In this document: in pieces, positions 1 to 12,800 of the stretch | Layout of the letters: every line of letters starts with the position of its first letter | Position numbering within the stretch: the stretch's first letter is position 1 | DNA from: a virus | Lineage: Duplodnaviria; Caudoviricetes | Direction: 5' to 3' (one strand) | Length of the DNA stretch: 64,000 nt | IMG/VR virus record: IMGVR_UViG_3300022602_000027 | The notes under the pieces: model-generated | Databases searched by the model: none | What the model was told of the DNA's origin: nothing | Seen by the model: the letters and a program-made list of their open reading frames with translations, nothing else | Made by a program: the position numbers and the translations under genes

Positions 1-57
1 GTTAACAATTTGCACTACACGGTTTGTAGCTGTTTCTATAAGTGCTCTTTTTGTCAT
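1..57 (-). CDS. 5' part of a small protein (MTKRALIETATNRVVQIVN...), runs off the window; possibly a fibre-associated/assembly protein
   Basis: ATG at 57-55, open to position 1, preceded by AGGA and TAAATA; absent from the ORF track because it is truncated. Confidence 0.6.
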   Translation of the reverse strand, partial: MTKRALIETATNRVVQIVN

Positions 58-62
58 AATAC

Positions 63-68
63 TATTTA
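63..68 (-). promoter_or_regulatory. T4-type late promoter motif (GATAAATA)
   Basis: TAAATA 5 nt upstream of the ATG at 57. Confidence 0.55.
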
Positions 69-77
69 TCCTATCTT

Positions 78-1055
78 TTATCTATATTCGTAGACTATAC
101 ATATTCCATTGCCGCCGGGGAATCCGCCTTGTCCATTGTGGCTACCAGAAACAGTACTACCACCGCCACCATATGGTATCGGAGCACCGGTATTTTTTTG
201 TGCAGAATGATAAGTAGGAGCACCATTACCAAAATATCCAGCTCCGCCAGTGGCATCATACCCTGAACTACTGTTACTCTGATCATTATTACTGTGACCA
301 CCGTTAGTTCCACCTTTGGAATTTAGGGTGCCGCCATATCCATATCCGCCGTGACCGCTAGCATGTCCGTAATTCGCATCTGCGCCATATCCGCCACTAG
401 CTGACAAATAACCGCCAAAACTTGTAGTGCCCCCTGCACCAATATTTGCATAGTACGAAGCACCACTAGTACCAGTACCTATAGTAACACTAACTGATGT
501 AATGCCTGACGCCGCTAATATTGTTTCAGAATATCCGCCAGCGCCGCCACCAATATTATAGCTAGTTCCACCGCCACCTGCACCAACACAAACAACGTGA
601 ATTTGATTAACATCAGTACCACTTTTAGTATAAGTTCCTGAACTAGTAAATGTATAGATATTTTTTAAACGACCTTTTAGTGTATTATCGTGATAAGTCT
701 TTGCGGCATTTTGTGTAACAGCATAGCTGTTTGTAGCATTATTAGTATAACCACTTTGATTCATGTTAGTATCATTAGATACTTGACTGATTGTTCCGCT
801 ACCTACACTTAAACTACTAGTACCAACAGTATTAGGTGTGCTAGTTCCGTGGTTTGTAACACTAATAGTTCCGCCAGTAATACTAACACTACTAGCATCT
901 TGATTGCCTAGACTGTTAGCAACTAATACAGGCACATTACTTGAATTGCCAATCCACATTTTTTTATCTGGGATATTAATTGCTACTTCTCCAGGTTGTA
1001 AACTTGAAGGAGTATTTCCTGGTGTTGTTGAATTTTTAAACTGAAATAAAGGCAT
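78..1055 (-). CDS. Glycine-rich fibre/adhesin-like protein, paralog 1 (325 aa)
   Basis: N-terminal P..L.PGE.AIN..DKKMWIG motif (Mtd/hyaluronidase-type anchor), TQ.A.KTY.D linker, C-terminal polyglycine domain ending GICIVYEY. Confidence 0.75.
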   Translation of the reverse strand: MPLFQFKNSTTPGNTPSSLQPGEVAINIPDKKMWIGNSSNVPVLVANSLGNQDASSVSITGGTISVTNHGTSTPNTVGTSSLSVGSGTISQVSNDTNMNQSGYTNNATNSYAVTQNAAKTYHDNTLKGRLKNIYTFTSSGTYTKSGTDVNQIHVVCVGAGGGGTSYNIGGGAGGYSETILAASGITSVSVTIGTGTSGASYYANIGAGGTTSFGGYLSASGGYGADANYGHASGHGGYGYGGTLNSKGGTNGGHSNNDQSNSSSGYDATGGAGYFGNGAPTYHSAQKNTGAPIPYGGGGSTVSGSHNGQGGFPGGNGICIVYEYR

Positions 1056-1056
1056 A

Positions 1057-1998
1057 TTATTTAAACTCGTAAACTATGCAAATTCCACCCTTACCGTTTT
1101 GACCGTAAGTAGCTTGATTGCCGGCACTACCGCCTGTGCCAAAACCGGCATTTGGAGTATAAGTCCATGTATTATGACAGCTAGGATTTCCGCCACCAAA
1201 GAATCCTGACCCGCCAACTCCGCCGCCACCGGAGCCATTGTTTTGACTGGTCAAATGTCCTGAGCCCCCGCCACCTGGCACGTTAACTTGTCCGCCGTAT
1301 CCGTACCCACCGTGTCCACCACTATGAGTATTATTATTGTTAGCTCCATATCCTCCACTAGCTGATAAGTATGAACCAAAACTAGTTGTGCCACCTTGCC
1401 CATAGTTTCCATAGTAGCCACCGCCACCGCCACCACCGCCTACAGTAATAGTAACTGGCGTTGATATATTTGATATAAGGAAAAATCCTTCTGCATAGCC
1501 TCCAGCGCCGCCACTTTCGTGATATCCAGCGGCACCGCCGCCACCTGCAACGCAAATAACTTTAACACGATTAACTGCTGAACTACTTGGATTGTAACTA
1601 CTATTTCCAGTATAAGAATAAATGTTTAATAATGTATTTGTACCATAAGTATCTACATAAGTTTTAACAGCATTTTGGGTTGGTAAAGTATTTGCATTTG
1701 TTCCTAATGTTGATGAGCTGTTATCAACACCTGTTAATGCTGTACTTGAGCCAACAGTTAAACTAGTAGTGTTTAAGTTAGTTGCAGTTAATGTAGTATT
1801 ATTAATTGCACCACCAGAAATATTAACGTTGCTACTAGTTTGATTACCTAAAGTACCAACAACAATTACAGGATTTCCACTTGCATTACCTACGTGCATG
1901 TGCGGAGTTTGTGTTGAATGGGCTATCTCACCTTGTAATAGCGTTCCAGTTGTAGGTACAGATGTTGAAGTTGAATATTTTGTTGAAATTATTGGCAT
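1057..1998 (-). CDS. Glycine-rich fibre/adhesin-like protein, paralog 2 (313 aa)
   Basis: Same three-part architecture as 78..1055; ends GICIVYEFK. Confidence 0.75.
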   Translation of the reverse strand: MPIISTKYSTSTSVPTTGTLLQGEIAHSTQTPHMHVGNASGNPVIVVGTLGNQTSSNVNISGGAINNTTLTATNLNTTSLTVGSSTALTGVDNSSSTLGTNANTLPTQNAVKTYVDTYGTNTLLNIYSYTGNSSYNPSSSAVNRVKVICVAGGGGAAGYHESGGAGGYAEGFFLISNISTPVTITVGGGGGGGGYYGNYGQGGTTSFGSYLSASGGYGANNNNTHSGGHGGYGYGGQVNVPGGGGSGHLTSQNNGSGGGGVGGSGFFGGGNPSCHNTWTYTPNAGFGTGGSAGNQATYGQNGKGGICIVYEFK

Positions 1999-1999
1999 T

Positions 2000-2944
2000 T
2001 TATTTGTACTCGTAAACTATGCATACACCACCTTGTCCAGTAACACCTGAACCGTGTGTACTGGCTCCGCCTGCACCTAATGCCGCATTGGCATAATTCC
2101 ACGGATCGCTATGTCCGTAGTGGCCGCTTTCAATACCGCCTCCAAAAAAGCTAGCTCCGCCATGTCCTGGATTGTGATTTGATGTTGAATATTCATTTCG
2201 ATGTCCGCTTCCACCACCACCGTAGCTGTTGATATTTCCGCCGTAGCCTAAACCACCTTGTCCTCCAGAATGAGTTTGATTGTTGTTAGCACCGCTTCCG
2301 CCGCTTGCTGAACAATATCCGCCAAAGCTGGTTGAGCCACCAGAGTTATAATTTCCATAGTAGCCACCGCCACCGCCACCACTGCTTGATACAGTAACAC
2401 TAACAGTACTGATGCCGCCGGCTGAAATTAGCAATTCTGCATAGCCGCCACCGCCACCACTTTCACCATAAGTAGCTGCAGCCCCACCACCTGCACCTAC
2501 GCACACAACTTTAATATAAGCAACATCGCTACCGCTCTTAGTGTAAGTTCCACTACTAGTGAATACGTACATGTTTTTAAGAGCACCTTTTTTACTGTTA
2601 ACATAAGTTGCCACTGCTAACTGTGTTGGAGTAGATGTTTGACTAGTTCCTAAAGCAGTATTAGTATCAATTGCTGTAATTGCAGGACTATTACCATTAA
2701 TTTGTAAGTTTGTTGCTGTAATTGCGGCTTGTGTAGTATTACCAACTGGAGTATTATTAATTGATCCGCCAGTAATACTAACACTAGATGCCGCTTGACC
2801 AGCCAATGGAGTAGTAAGTAATACTGCTGTAGCGCCATTACCTACCCACATTTTATTATCAGTAATATTATAACCCATTTCACCCGCGGCTAACGTTGGG
2901 GTAACGCCGGTTGATGTACTGGTTTTAATTTTGATAATTGGCAT
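2000..2944 (-). CDS. Glycine-rich fibre/adhesin-like protein, paralog 3 (314 aa)
   Basis: Same architecture; ends GVCIVYEYK. Confidence 0.75.
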   Translation of the reverse strand: MPIIKIKTSTSTGVTPTLAAGEMGYNITDNKMWVGNGATAVLLTTPLAGQAASSVSITGGSINNTPVGNTTQAAITATNLQINGNSPAITAIDTNTALGTSQTSTPTQLAVATYVNSKKGALKNMYVFTSSGTYTKSGSDVAYIKVVCVGAGGGAAATYGESGGGGGYAELLISAGGISTVSVTVSSSGGGGGGYYGNYNSGGSTSFGGYCSASGGSGANNNQTHSGGQGGLGYGGNINSYGGGGSGHRNEYSTSNHNPGHGGASFFGGGIESGHYGHSDPWNYANAALGAGGASTHGSGVTGQGGVCIVYEYK

Positions 2945-2946
2945 TT

Positions 2947-3507
2947 TTAGAACGTCCCGCCTACGATTGTACCACTACCTGTCATAGTAGTGTTTAAAGT
3001 TAATGTATTGATTGTTGCATTTGCCGCAGTAGTACCACCGATAGTCACATTATCGATAGTTCCTAATGTAGCAGGTGCAATAATGACTTGTCCTGAACCT
3101 GTTGGGCTAATAGTAACTGTAGCATTAGCTGGCGTTAGTGCAACTACACCGTTAGCTGTTAAGTTGTTAACAAACGTATTAGCACCATTTGAACTAGTTA
3201 ACTGATAGTTTGTACCATCTGAATAGATTGTAACTGTTGCACCGGCTACTAAATTGTAACTAGTTGCAGTTCCTGATTGTCCAGGACCTTGAATATAGCC
3301 ACCATTAGTAACTGAACTCATTGTAATTACACCAGATGTACTATTGTAAAAAGTTTGTGTAGAACCTTGGTATGTAACAGGGCTAGCTAACTGTACAGTA
3401 TATGGTGCAGTTCCAGTAAATTCTGTATAAAGCCCCTGTGCAGGAGTACCAATTGTTGATCCAGAAGAAATTGTTCCTGTTGTGTTGACTGTATTATAAC
3501 GTGCCAT
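2947..3507 (-). CDS. Putative virion fibre-associated protein (186 aa)
   Basis: T/G/S-rich beta-type sequence with a V.L.SDGTNY motif common in phage fibre proteins; tightly packed in the operon. Confidence 0.6.
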   Translation of the reverse strand: MARYNTVNTTGTISSGSTIGTPAQGLYTEFTGTAPYTVQLASPVTYQGSTQTFYNSTSGVITMSSVTNGGYIQGPGQSGTATSYNLVAGATVTIYSDGTNYQLTSSNGANTFVNNLTANGVVALTPANATVTISPTGSGQVIIAPATLGTIDNVTIGGTTAANATINTLTLNTTMTGSGTIVGGTF

Positions 3508-3519
3508 ATTTTACTCCGA

Positions 3520-3858
3520 TTAAGATGTTGATGTTTCAATACCGTAGATATTGACGTTAGTTGCTGAACCACCTGATGAAACTACAAAGTTAGCACCCGG
3601 CCCTGCTACAACACCTGTACGTTCAAATACACCGTATGCAACTATGCTAGTTTGATATTCATACGCTTCACTAGGTACTGGACTACCAGTTGTACTAGCA
3701 CCAATATACATTCTTATTGTAACAGTTGCGTTAGTTGTGTTTGTAAATGAAATGTTATATACACCGTAGTATCCAGTTGGAACTGAATACAGTAATGTAT
3801 AGTTTGTAAGACTACCCGCTGTTAGCTGGGTAGTACCTTTTATCCCTGATCCTGCCAT
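3520..3858 (-). CDS. Small beta-rich virion protein (112 aa), same family as 30581..30907 and the core of 24810..25610
   Basis: GGAG RBS; LYSVP...N.T....T...pattern shared with the two paralogs. Confidence 0.65.
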   Translation of the reverse strand: MAGSGIKGTTQLTAGSLTNYTLLYSVPTGYYGVYNISFTNTTNATVTIRMYIGASTTGSPVPSEAYEYQTSIVAYGVFERTGVVAGPGANFVVSSGGSATNVNIYGIETSTS

Positions 3859-3873
3859 ATTAATTCTCCAATT

Positions 3874-6800
3874 TTATCTTTGTCCGAAGAACATAAGAGC
3901 AACTGGTGCTCCGTCTATTCCGCCGGTAAACGTCATTTTACTAGTTACGTAAATTTGATTACCTGTAGTATTACTTATCGTATTGTTAGCGATATAGATT
4001 TGCCCCGAAGTTAATGTATTTACGTTTAACGAGCTTGATCCGCCACCAATTTGGGCTGTAATATACGATTTAATCGCTTTTTGTGTTGGTACAATATTGT
4101 CACTATTTGCTGTAAAGTACGGGTCTGTACTAAATTGCGTAATAGTTGCTGAGCCTGTACCAACGCTCAAGTTACCCAATGTCAAACTCTGCAATCCGCT
4201 TAGAGCAAAAGCACTAGCGTTCAATGTAGCAGTACCAGTTGACTGTTGAACTCCGAACAAGTTACCAACGTTGAAGTTACCGTCTTGGTCAGTACTTGTA
4301 AAGAACACGCGACCACCACCAGTAGCATATGACTGATTAGCTTGGATAGCATTGCCAGGAACTACGTTAGGATAGTTAGTTTGTGTTTGATTACCTGTAC
4401 CAATATACAAGAAGTCATGTCCAGTTAAACGAACTTGACTGTATTTTAGTCGGGTAGTAATTAAGTTACCGTGCGCTGGTGCTAACAATGTACTTAATGC
4501 TGGATTAATTTGGAAAGTTGCGGTATATGCGCCTGCAACACCTAAAATGTTAGTTACCTGCACTAGTTTATACCATTGTGCGCTACCAGTGATGCTTGCA
4601 AACTGTACGTTTGCACCTGCTGTTGGCAATGCATATAAATTGCTTACGTTAATGAAGCTTGAATTTTGATATATATCGCCATATCCGTCGCCTGCTGTAT
4701 TTGCAGTAGCGGTAGCATTATTCAAACCTCTGTTAGTGAAACTTGGGTTTGCTAACACTCCGTCACTCATACGTACACGAGTTGGTGCTGTAATTACTTT
4801 GTTTGGATCAAACTGTGTTACTATTGCACCTGCTGTGTAAATCATACCAGTTGGACTTGTTGTTGTTAGTGTAACAGGAGTTGTACTACCTGCTGTAGCA
4901 GTAACTTGGAACTGAGTACTTGTAACACTTGATCCGATTACATAGTAAGTTGTGTTAGTTGTTAAACTGCCACTTGCTATACTAAATTCAATTGGTTGAT
5001 TATTAGCTAAACTTGTTGATAAGTTTGTAGTATCATCAGTTGTGATTAAATTAGTACTTGTTGTTGTAGCTGTAACGTTACCTTTAGCAAATCCGCTTCC
5101 TGGTTCAACAAAACGTATTTCAGTAATAGCGTTACTTAAGACTTTCATACGTCCTAATGGAGTTGCGCCAGTACGTATACTTGCTGCCGCTGTACCGCTG
5201 GTGCTACTTACTGCAACCCAAATAGGTTGTACGCCAATTACTGTACTTGATAAATTACTTGGATTACCAAATGCGATTGCACTCCAGTTTGTTGAACTTG
5301 GCATTGTACGTAATGTCCAAACAATTCCATCAGGACTTGTTGCGGCAACGTTACCTTGAGCGATTGCAAAGAATAAACCTTGTGAATAATACACTTTAGT
5401 CCATGTGTATGCAGAACTTAAAACGCTAACGTTTGTTCCTGCACATGCTGGGTTAGCAGTCCATGTTGTACCATAGTTAACTGTATATGCTACTGCTCCA
5501 GTTGTTGCTAATGCAACAAACTTATTATTGCCGTAGGCAATGCTAGTCCAAGTTGTTGAACTTGGAAGTGTGCCACCGGCGCTCCAAGATTGGCCGTTAT
5601 TTGATATACTAGTTACGTTACCACCATTATTAATTGCAATAAATGTTCCAGAAGAGTTACCTCCTGCACCATATGCAACTGCTGAGTAATATCCTGCGCT
5701 TAATGATGTTAGAGTTCTTGAAATCCAGTTGCTTGCGGCAATTGGGTTTGAACTTGATGCCGCTGTAGCTGTTCCGCTTGCGCCACCAACTGCTACATAA
5801 ACACCATTACCGTAAGCTAAACCATACAAGTTTAGTACAGAAATATAAGCTGTGCCTCCAAGTGCAGTCCATGATGATCCTAAAGTAGACACAATGTTAT
5901 AAGCAAAATAAGTACCAGTTGATGCTGTTGTACTCATTGCTAAGAATAATGCACTTGTGTCTAAAATAGTAATGCTTGGCACACTTGTATAACCATAACC
6001 ATAGTTGGTTACGTTCAATGAAGTTACTGCACCATTACTATAGTTAGGCGTTGCACTTGCTTGAGTAGCAACATAGGTAAATGTAGCTGTACCATTTGTT
6101 ACGTTTGTATATCCTGTAGAAGTTGTGTAATCAAATGTAGGAGTAGTACTACTTGTAGTACCGCTAGCCGTACATAAATAAATTCTTCCACTGGCCGCTA
6201 CCTGATAATAAGTACCGTTAGTAACTGCACCACTTACTGGATATGCTGTAGGTGTTAAACTCTGTGGTTGGCTAAATGTTACTGTAGGAGCACTAAAGTA
6301 ATTTTTACCCCATGCATTCATAGTCGCACTAGAAAGAATACTTGTAACCGCAGTAACAGTTGGAGCACTTGTGTATCCAGAACCGTTAATTGTCATAGTT
6401 ACTGTTTGGATAGCTCCGTTTAAAACAGTACATGTTGCAGTTGCGCCCGAACCTCCGCCGCCAACAAATACGATTGTTGGAGGTGTTGTATAGTTATATC
6501 CGCCGTTAACAACGGTTACACTAACAATCTGTGTTGCACTAGTACCAGTTCCGACCACTGCTGTTAGAACTGCGCCAGCACCACCAAAACCACCAATAAC
6601 TGCTGTAGCTGTAGCGCCTTGGCCACCGCCGTATACAACGTTACTCCATGATTGACTGCTTGGTAATGCGCCACCTGAACTCCATGATGTGCCATTTGTT
6701 GAATAGCTAGTTGCTGTACCGGTGTTAGCTACTGCTACAAAACGTCCTGCACCATAAGCAAGTGATCCATATGTACCACTTGTAATTGTTCTACTAGTAG

Positions 6801-9800
6801 CTGTATAACCAGGAGCACTATAACTAATGCGTGGCTCAATAATATAAGCAGATGTTAAATCTAATGACGAAGCTATTGCTGTTCCAGGAACAACATGATC
6901 CCATCCGCCAACATAAACTGCTGTACCAATTGTACCAGTTGAGCTGGCACTACCAGTAGCTGTAATAGTAACTGTTGTACCAGCAAACGGTGTTGTACTT
7001 ACTGCAAATGAACTTGTTGTTAAGTTAGTTGCGTTTACAAAATATGTTGTACTAGTATCAACTCCATTAAATGCTGTACCAAACGAAATAGTTTGTCCAG
7101 CTGTTAATGTGTTAGTTGCTGTGATTAAATTATTAACTGTTGACGATGCTGTTACAGTTACAGTTGTAACTGTAGTTGTAGTTACAGCGGCAATGTTAGC
7201 ATTGCTAGCTGTAATAGTTGCACCTGTAGCTAATGTAAATGCACTAGCTGTTACACCTTGTACATAATATGCAGTTAACGCAGACAATCCGCCAACGGCT
7301 GTGCCTAAGAATATTGGCATACCATTGTACATGTTAGCTGTACTTGATACTGTTAATGTATTTTGTGTACCAGTAATTGTTGTACTAGATTGTACAACAG
7401 TTGTGTTTGTTTGCCAAGTTGATCCTGCACCAGAACCACTAATGTTAGCAGTAATGTAAACACCTGCGGCAATTGTACCACCTGTCAAGAACATACCTAC
7501 TGCAATAGTACCAGTTACTGTACCAACAGTTAATACACCACTGCTGTTAATAGAGCTAGTTGACATAGTAGCAGTAGCATTAGTTGTAGCTGTAACTGCA
7601 AATGGTGCAATACTATCGCGAATTACTAGGGCAACTTTAGTAGGATTTGAATATGATAAAATATTAGCATATTGACCTACACCTGTACCTGCAACAATTT
7701 GAACTCTATCTCCATTATAAGCATTAGTTAATGCTGTATCTGTGGCTGCAATAGTAATAGAATAGTTGTTGCTAGTTGATTGTCCAACGTTAGTTGCAGT
7801 AACATAGTTACTACCACCTGTTCCGTTACCATTGTTTAAGTCAATTAGACGTGTTTCAAATAATGCCGCATCACGGAATTCGTCTTGGAAGGCTGCCGCG
7901 TTATAACCTGATCCGCTAATACTTGGAACGCTACTTGTATAGTTAGTACCAGCATTTTGATATTCAAAACGCAATACTTGGTTAGTAGCATCAGTTACAA
8001 CGTTTGTAATTTGTGCTGGGTTAGCACGATTGTTTAATGTACCATATAATGGAACTTCTGTTGTATCAACACCCTCGGCAACAACACCGTATGTACCATA
8101 TGATGAGTTACCGTTAGTAGCACGGATACGTCCACCTAAATCTGCTAGGTAACCTGCATAACTGTAGTAGTTAAACACTGAAACAAGTTCTGATAATGAT
8201 CCTGCACCAGTTGTTTGCCAGCCAATACCGTCACCAATAATACATGTGTAGTCGTTACTAACCATTGAGTGATAACCGCCAGCGTGTAATGCTCCGTCAA
8301 CCTTAGCACCATAACATGCATAGCCAAACATTGTACAGTTTTGTACATAGCAACTACGTGAATAAATCCATGCGTTGCTATCGTTAGGTCCAAATCCTGG
8401 ATCAAGACTTGTATATGCGCCGCCAGTTGGACGTTTAGTTCCAAACGTTGTACTTGCTGTACCTAAGTAACCTGTTAATCCATTCATAGTCATGTTGCGA
8501 ACGCCACATGCATTACGAACTAGCCACATGTTACTTTGTGCTGAACCGTTTACACTATTCAATAAAACTTGTGCATAGCGTAAACTTCTGTAGTTACCTG
8601 TATATTGTAAATCATAAACAATAGCATTTAGATAATAACCAATATCTTGCTGAGTTGCAGCCACTGGATAATAGTAAACTGCGTTCATTGCAGGAGTTGA
8701 TACAGTTGTTAATGCAACAGTAGCACCAGTTGCTCCTGTATTAATATTAGTAAATCCTTCGCTAGTTGTTACTGTAAATGTTGTTGTGCTTGGAACTGAG
8801 GCAACATAGTATGTTGTTCCTGCTGTTAATCCACCTGATACAAATCCAGTATAACTAACAGAGCTACTTGTACTTGCAACTGTTCCTGGATTGAATACTG
8901 CACCACCTACACTAGTTGCAGATACTGTAATTGCTCCAGCACTTGCTGTTAACACATAGTAAACTGTACCAGCAACAATGTTACCAAAACTAGTACCAAA
9001 TATAACACTACCATTAGGAACAATTCCTGTAATAGAGTTAACTGTAATTGTATTACCAGTACTAGTCGATGCTGTTGCAGTTGTTGATGCTGTTGTTGCT
9101 ACAAATTGTACAGGATCATTAACAACAAATCCATGTGCTGTACCTGTTGTAATTATATTTGTACTTGTAGTAGTTGAACTAACATTATATGTATACTGTG
9201 ATGCATAATAAGCAGTAACTTCAGATTGTAAGAATGGAATATTAGCACGTAATATTTCAGCACCTGCAATAATACCTAAATTATTATTATAAGTTATAGT
9301 ACCATTCATCTGCGGTTGAATATACTGACTTGTACCAACATAACTAATAATTGTATTAATATTGTTAGTTGCTGTAGTTAATTGAGTAAGATATGTTGAA
9401 CTGCTTAATGTATTTGCCACTAGTGTTTGCAAATAATTCAATGCCGCTACAGTTACAGTTAATTCGTAACCTTGTACTTTGTAATCTTGTACACGATTAT
9501 AAGCACGACCTGCTTGTACAGTAGCATAATTACTACCTAATAATGTATCAAGGAACATGGCTAACGTTACGTTGAACACGTCACGTTGTGTGTATGATTG
9601 CAAATATGTAAATGCAGTATAGTTTGTATTGATGTAGTTAACAACACTTGTTTGATATGTTGATACACTAGAACTTACTGAACTCCAAGCCGCTAATGCT
9701 GTTGAACTAGCGTTTGTTAGTTGTGGCATACCAATAGTTTGAACAACAATTGACAAACTTGTACCGTTGGTAAATGAAGTTAATGCACTTCCGTTATAAC

Positions 9801-12800
9801 TTGCTGATAATGTAAATGTTGTTGTACTACCTACGCTTTGAACAAAGTAAGGTGTTCCAGAACCAATAATAGTTGATACTAAACCGTTAGTAGTTGTTTG
9901 TGGAATAATAATATCACCTACGCTTAACCCGTGAGCCGCACTGGTTGTAAATGTTGTACCACTAGCGATAGTTGTAATTGTAACTGTTTGCGCACCATTA
10001 GTTAAACCATTAGTGATAAAGTTAGTAACATAACCAATCAACGTATTCATACGTCCAGCATCACGTGAGCTACCTGCTACAGTGCTAGATGTTGGTAATA
10101 CTTGAGTTACGGTTGATTGTAATGAGCTACCATAACTTGTACCTGTAATAACATATGAACCTAGTAATGTTCCAACATATCCAACAGTTGCCGCAAAGGC
10201 TGCGCCAAAGCCTGATGATATTTCAGTGCCATATAGTGCTGAGTAATAACTCATTCCTGCGTTAGCACTCGCCCATGAGCCGCCGTAAGCCATATCATAG
10301 TGGATAGCATCTAAAATGTATCCCATATCGCGTTGAGCTTTTGCAAGACTATAGTTAGGATTAGTTAATAATGAACTATAGTTAGTGTTAAAGTAAGCAA
10401 CACTTTCAGCAATTAAATATGCACGGTTAGCTTCTAACATACCAATAGCAGTACCTGGATCAGATACTGTTACATATTGTACACCACCAGCACTTACTTG
10501 TGTTACGTTAAGAACAATATCATTGGTTGACGATACTCCTCCAATACTTGCTCCGCTAATACGTAGTCGACTACTTGTAGTATAACCAGTACCTGCTGTA
10601 GTTGGAACTACTGTATAAGCATAATATCCGTTACCGTTTGATAAACGTGTAATTGTAAATGCCGCTGTACCATCACCACCACCTGTTACACTTAACGCTG
10701 TCACGTTTGTATATGTAGCTTGCGGTAATGCTAATTGTGGCCATGTAATTTGTGCCGGGGCCGCTGGACCGCCTTGTAAGTATGATGTTAAATCATCAAT
10801 AGTAGTCTGAATTTGTGCAACAGCGCCACTTGCCGCAATTTGTTTCATTTTGTAATACATGAAATTAATTGCACTCAATGTTGGTGGTAGTTCACCACTG
10901 CTTGTTGAACGTAAATTTGTAGCACTTGTATTAGCACGATTAAATGCTCGAGCAATTTGAATAGCATTAAAGTTGCTACCGTACACCATGTCATATGCCA
11001 TGTAAGTTGCAATTAATGTAGCATCACGATTAATTAAACTTGGATTTGCGTATGTCACTGCTTGATAATACTTGTAAACCCATCCTTGTGCATCACTTGC
11101 AATGTTACTGATTAATGGTGTTACTGTGTTAAAGGCTGTTTGTAATGAAACTGATTGTGCTCCAATGTATGGCAATACTTGAGTATCGGGTGATGTTGGA
11201 TTATTAATATAATTAATAACGTTCTGAATACGATCGCCTGCAAAGTTAGAGGCTGCTACGCCACCATCACCGCCTACTGTGACTTGTACAACGTTATTAC
11301 CCGATGTTGCGCTAAAACCTGTTCCTCGTGCAACTGTAATGATTGCCGCTCTTAAGCGAGTTAGTGCGGCTGTATACGCGGCTGTTTGTGCCGCAGTAAT
11401 TTGTAAAATATTTAACGAATAATAAGCCGCACCTGCAATTAAACTTTGTGTGTTACCACCATAAGTTAAATCATATAGTACGCTGTCTAAAATGTAAGTA
11501 ATATCACGAACACCCAATCCGTATTGTGTTGCATTACTTGTAGTAAATCCAGATGTTCCTGGGTTGTTAGCCAAATATTGTAGAGTTTCTGTAATTAAGA
11601 AATTATAATTTTGTTGGATTTGTGTAAATGCAGTTGCATAACCAGTAGTAGTACCAGTTGGATTACTGCCAGAAGTTGTTGCATAGGCTGTGTTAGTTAT
11701 ACTACCTGCACTATAACCTGTTGGTTGTGGCAATTGAATTACAGGAGTACTGCTTAAACCTGTAGCAACTAATTCGTAAAGAATGTTAAAACTACTTTGT
11801 AAGTTAGTAATAGCAGTTGAGCTACCTGTAGTTGCCGCAGGTAAACTTGTAACTTGTGGTGTTGTATTGCCAGTAGTTGGAGTAATTGATGTATTACTCA
11901 TCAATTGTGGCACTAAAGTTTTAATTCTGTTTAGTGCAACCACTGCCTTAGGTACAACTGTAGCTAATGTTACATCAGCTGGGTATGGTTGTACAACTGT
12001 TGATCGTAATTCGTCTCCAAGCAATGCTGTATACGCAGGCACATTGATTGGAAGAATTTCATTATATGTACCAGTTTTAATACTAATTGTAGTAGCAGGA
12101 GTAACTACTGCTGGTAAAATATTATTAGTTGTACCAGCATTTAAACATGCAGTCAAATAGCCAACAAGTGTTTGTGCTTTTGATTGTGCGCCAGACTCAA
12201 CAGTGTAGTTTGTATTAATTTGTTGAATTGCTTTGGTTGTTTGTACAGTACCAGCTATAGTTTGTCCGCCAGATGTTGAACTTGCAAAACTTACACTTCC
12301 TGAACTGCTAGCAGTAACTTGCCATGTACCGTTATAACCAGTTGGTGTCATTCCAGCAATAGTTATATAACTACCAACTGTGAATGCCGCGCCTGTGTAT
12401 GTTACAGTAGCAACTGTGCCCGTGCCACTTGCACCGGTTGTTGCGATTGCTGGATTTAATGTTAATTGATAGTTAGTACTAGGAGCAGTATTACCTAATA
12501 TTGCTGGAATTAATGTTCCTGACAAATAGTTTAAACTTGAAACAAATGGAGTAATATCATAAGCATTAACACCTGAGATATAAGTTGAACCATTTGATGT
12601 AAAGAATGACTGTATATTAGTAGTAGTTTGATATGTACCGTTATGGGTAATATCGTAAATTAAACCTTGAATTACTAAACCACTATCTCTTTCTGCTTTA
12701 CTTTGAACATATGAGTATGTACCAACGTTAGCTGTACCTGTACCAACTGTAAATAATGTTGGAACTAAGGCAAGAGCGTAACTTGTTGCAATTGAGAATG

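Noticed and set aside
78-2944. Diversity-generating retroelement acting on the Mtd-like genes
   Set aside because: No reverse transcriptase in the window and no template/variable repeat pair differing only at adenines; the shared patches are short and identical
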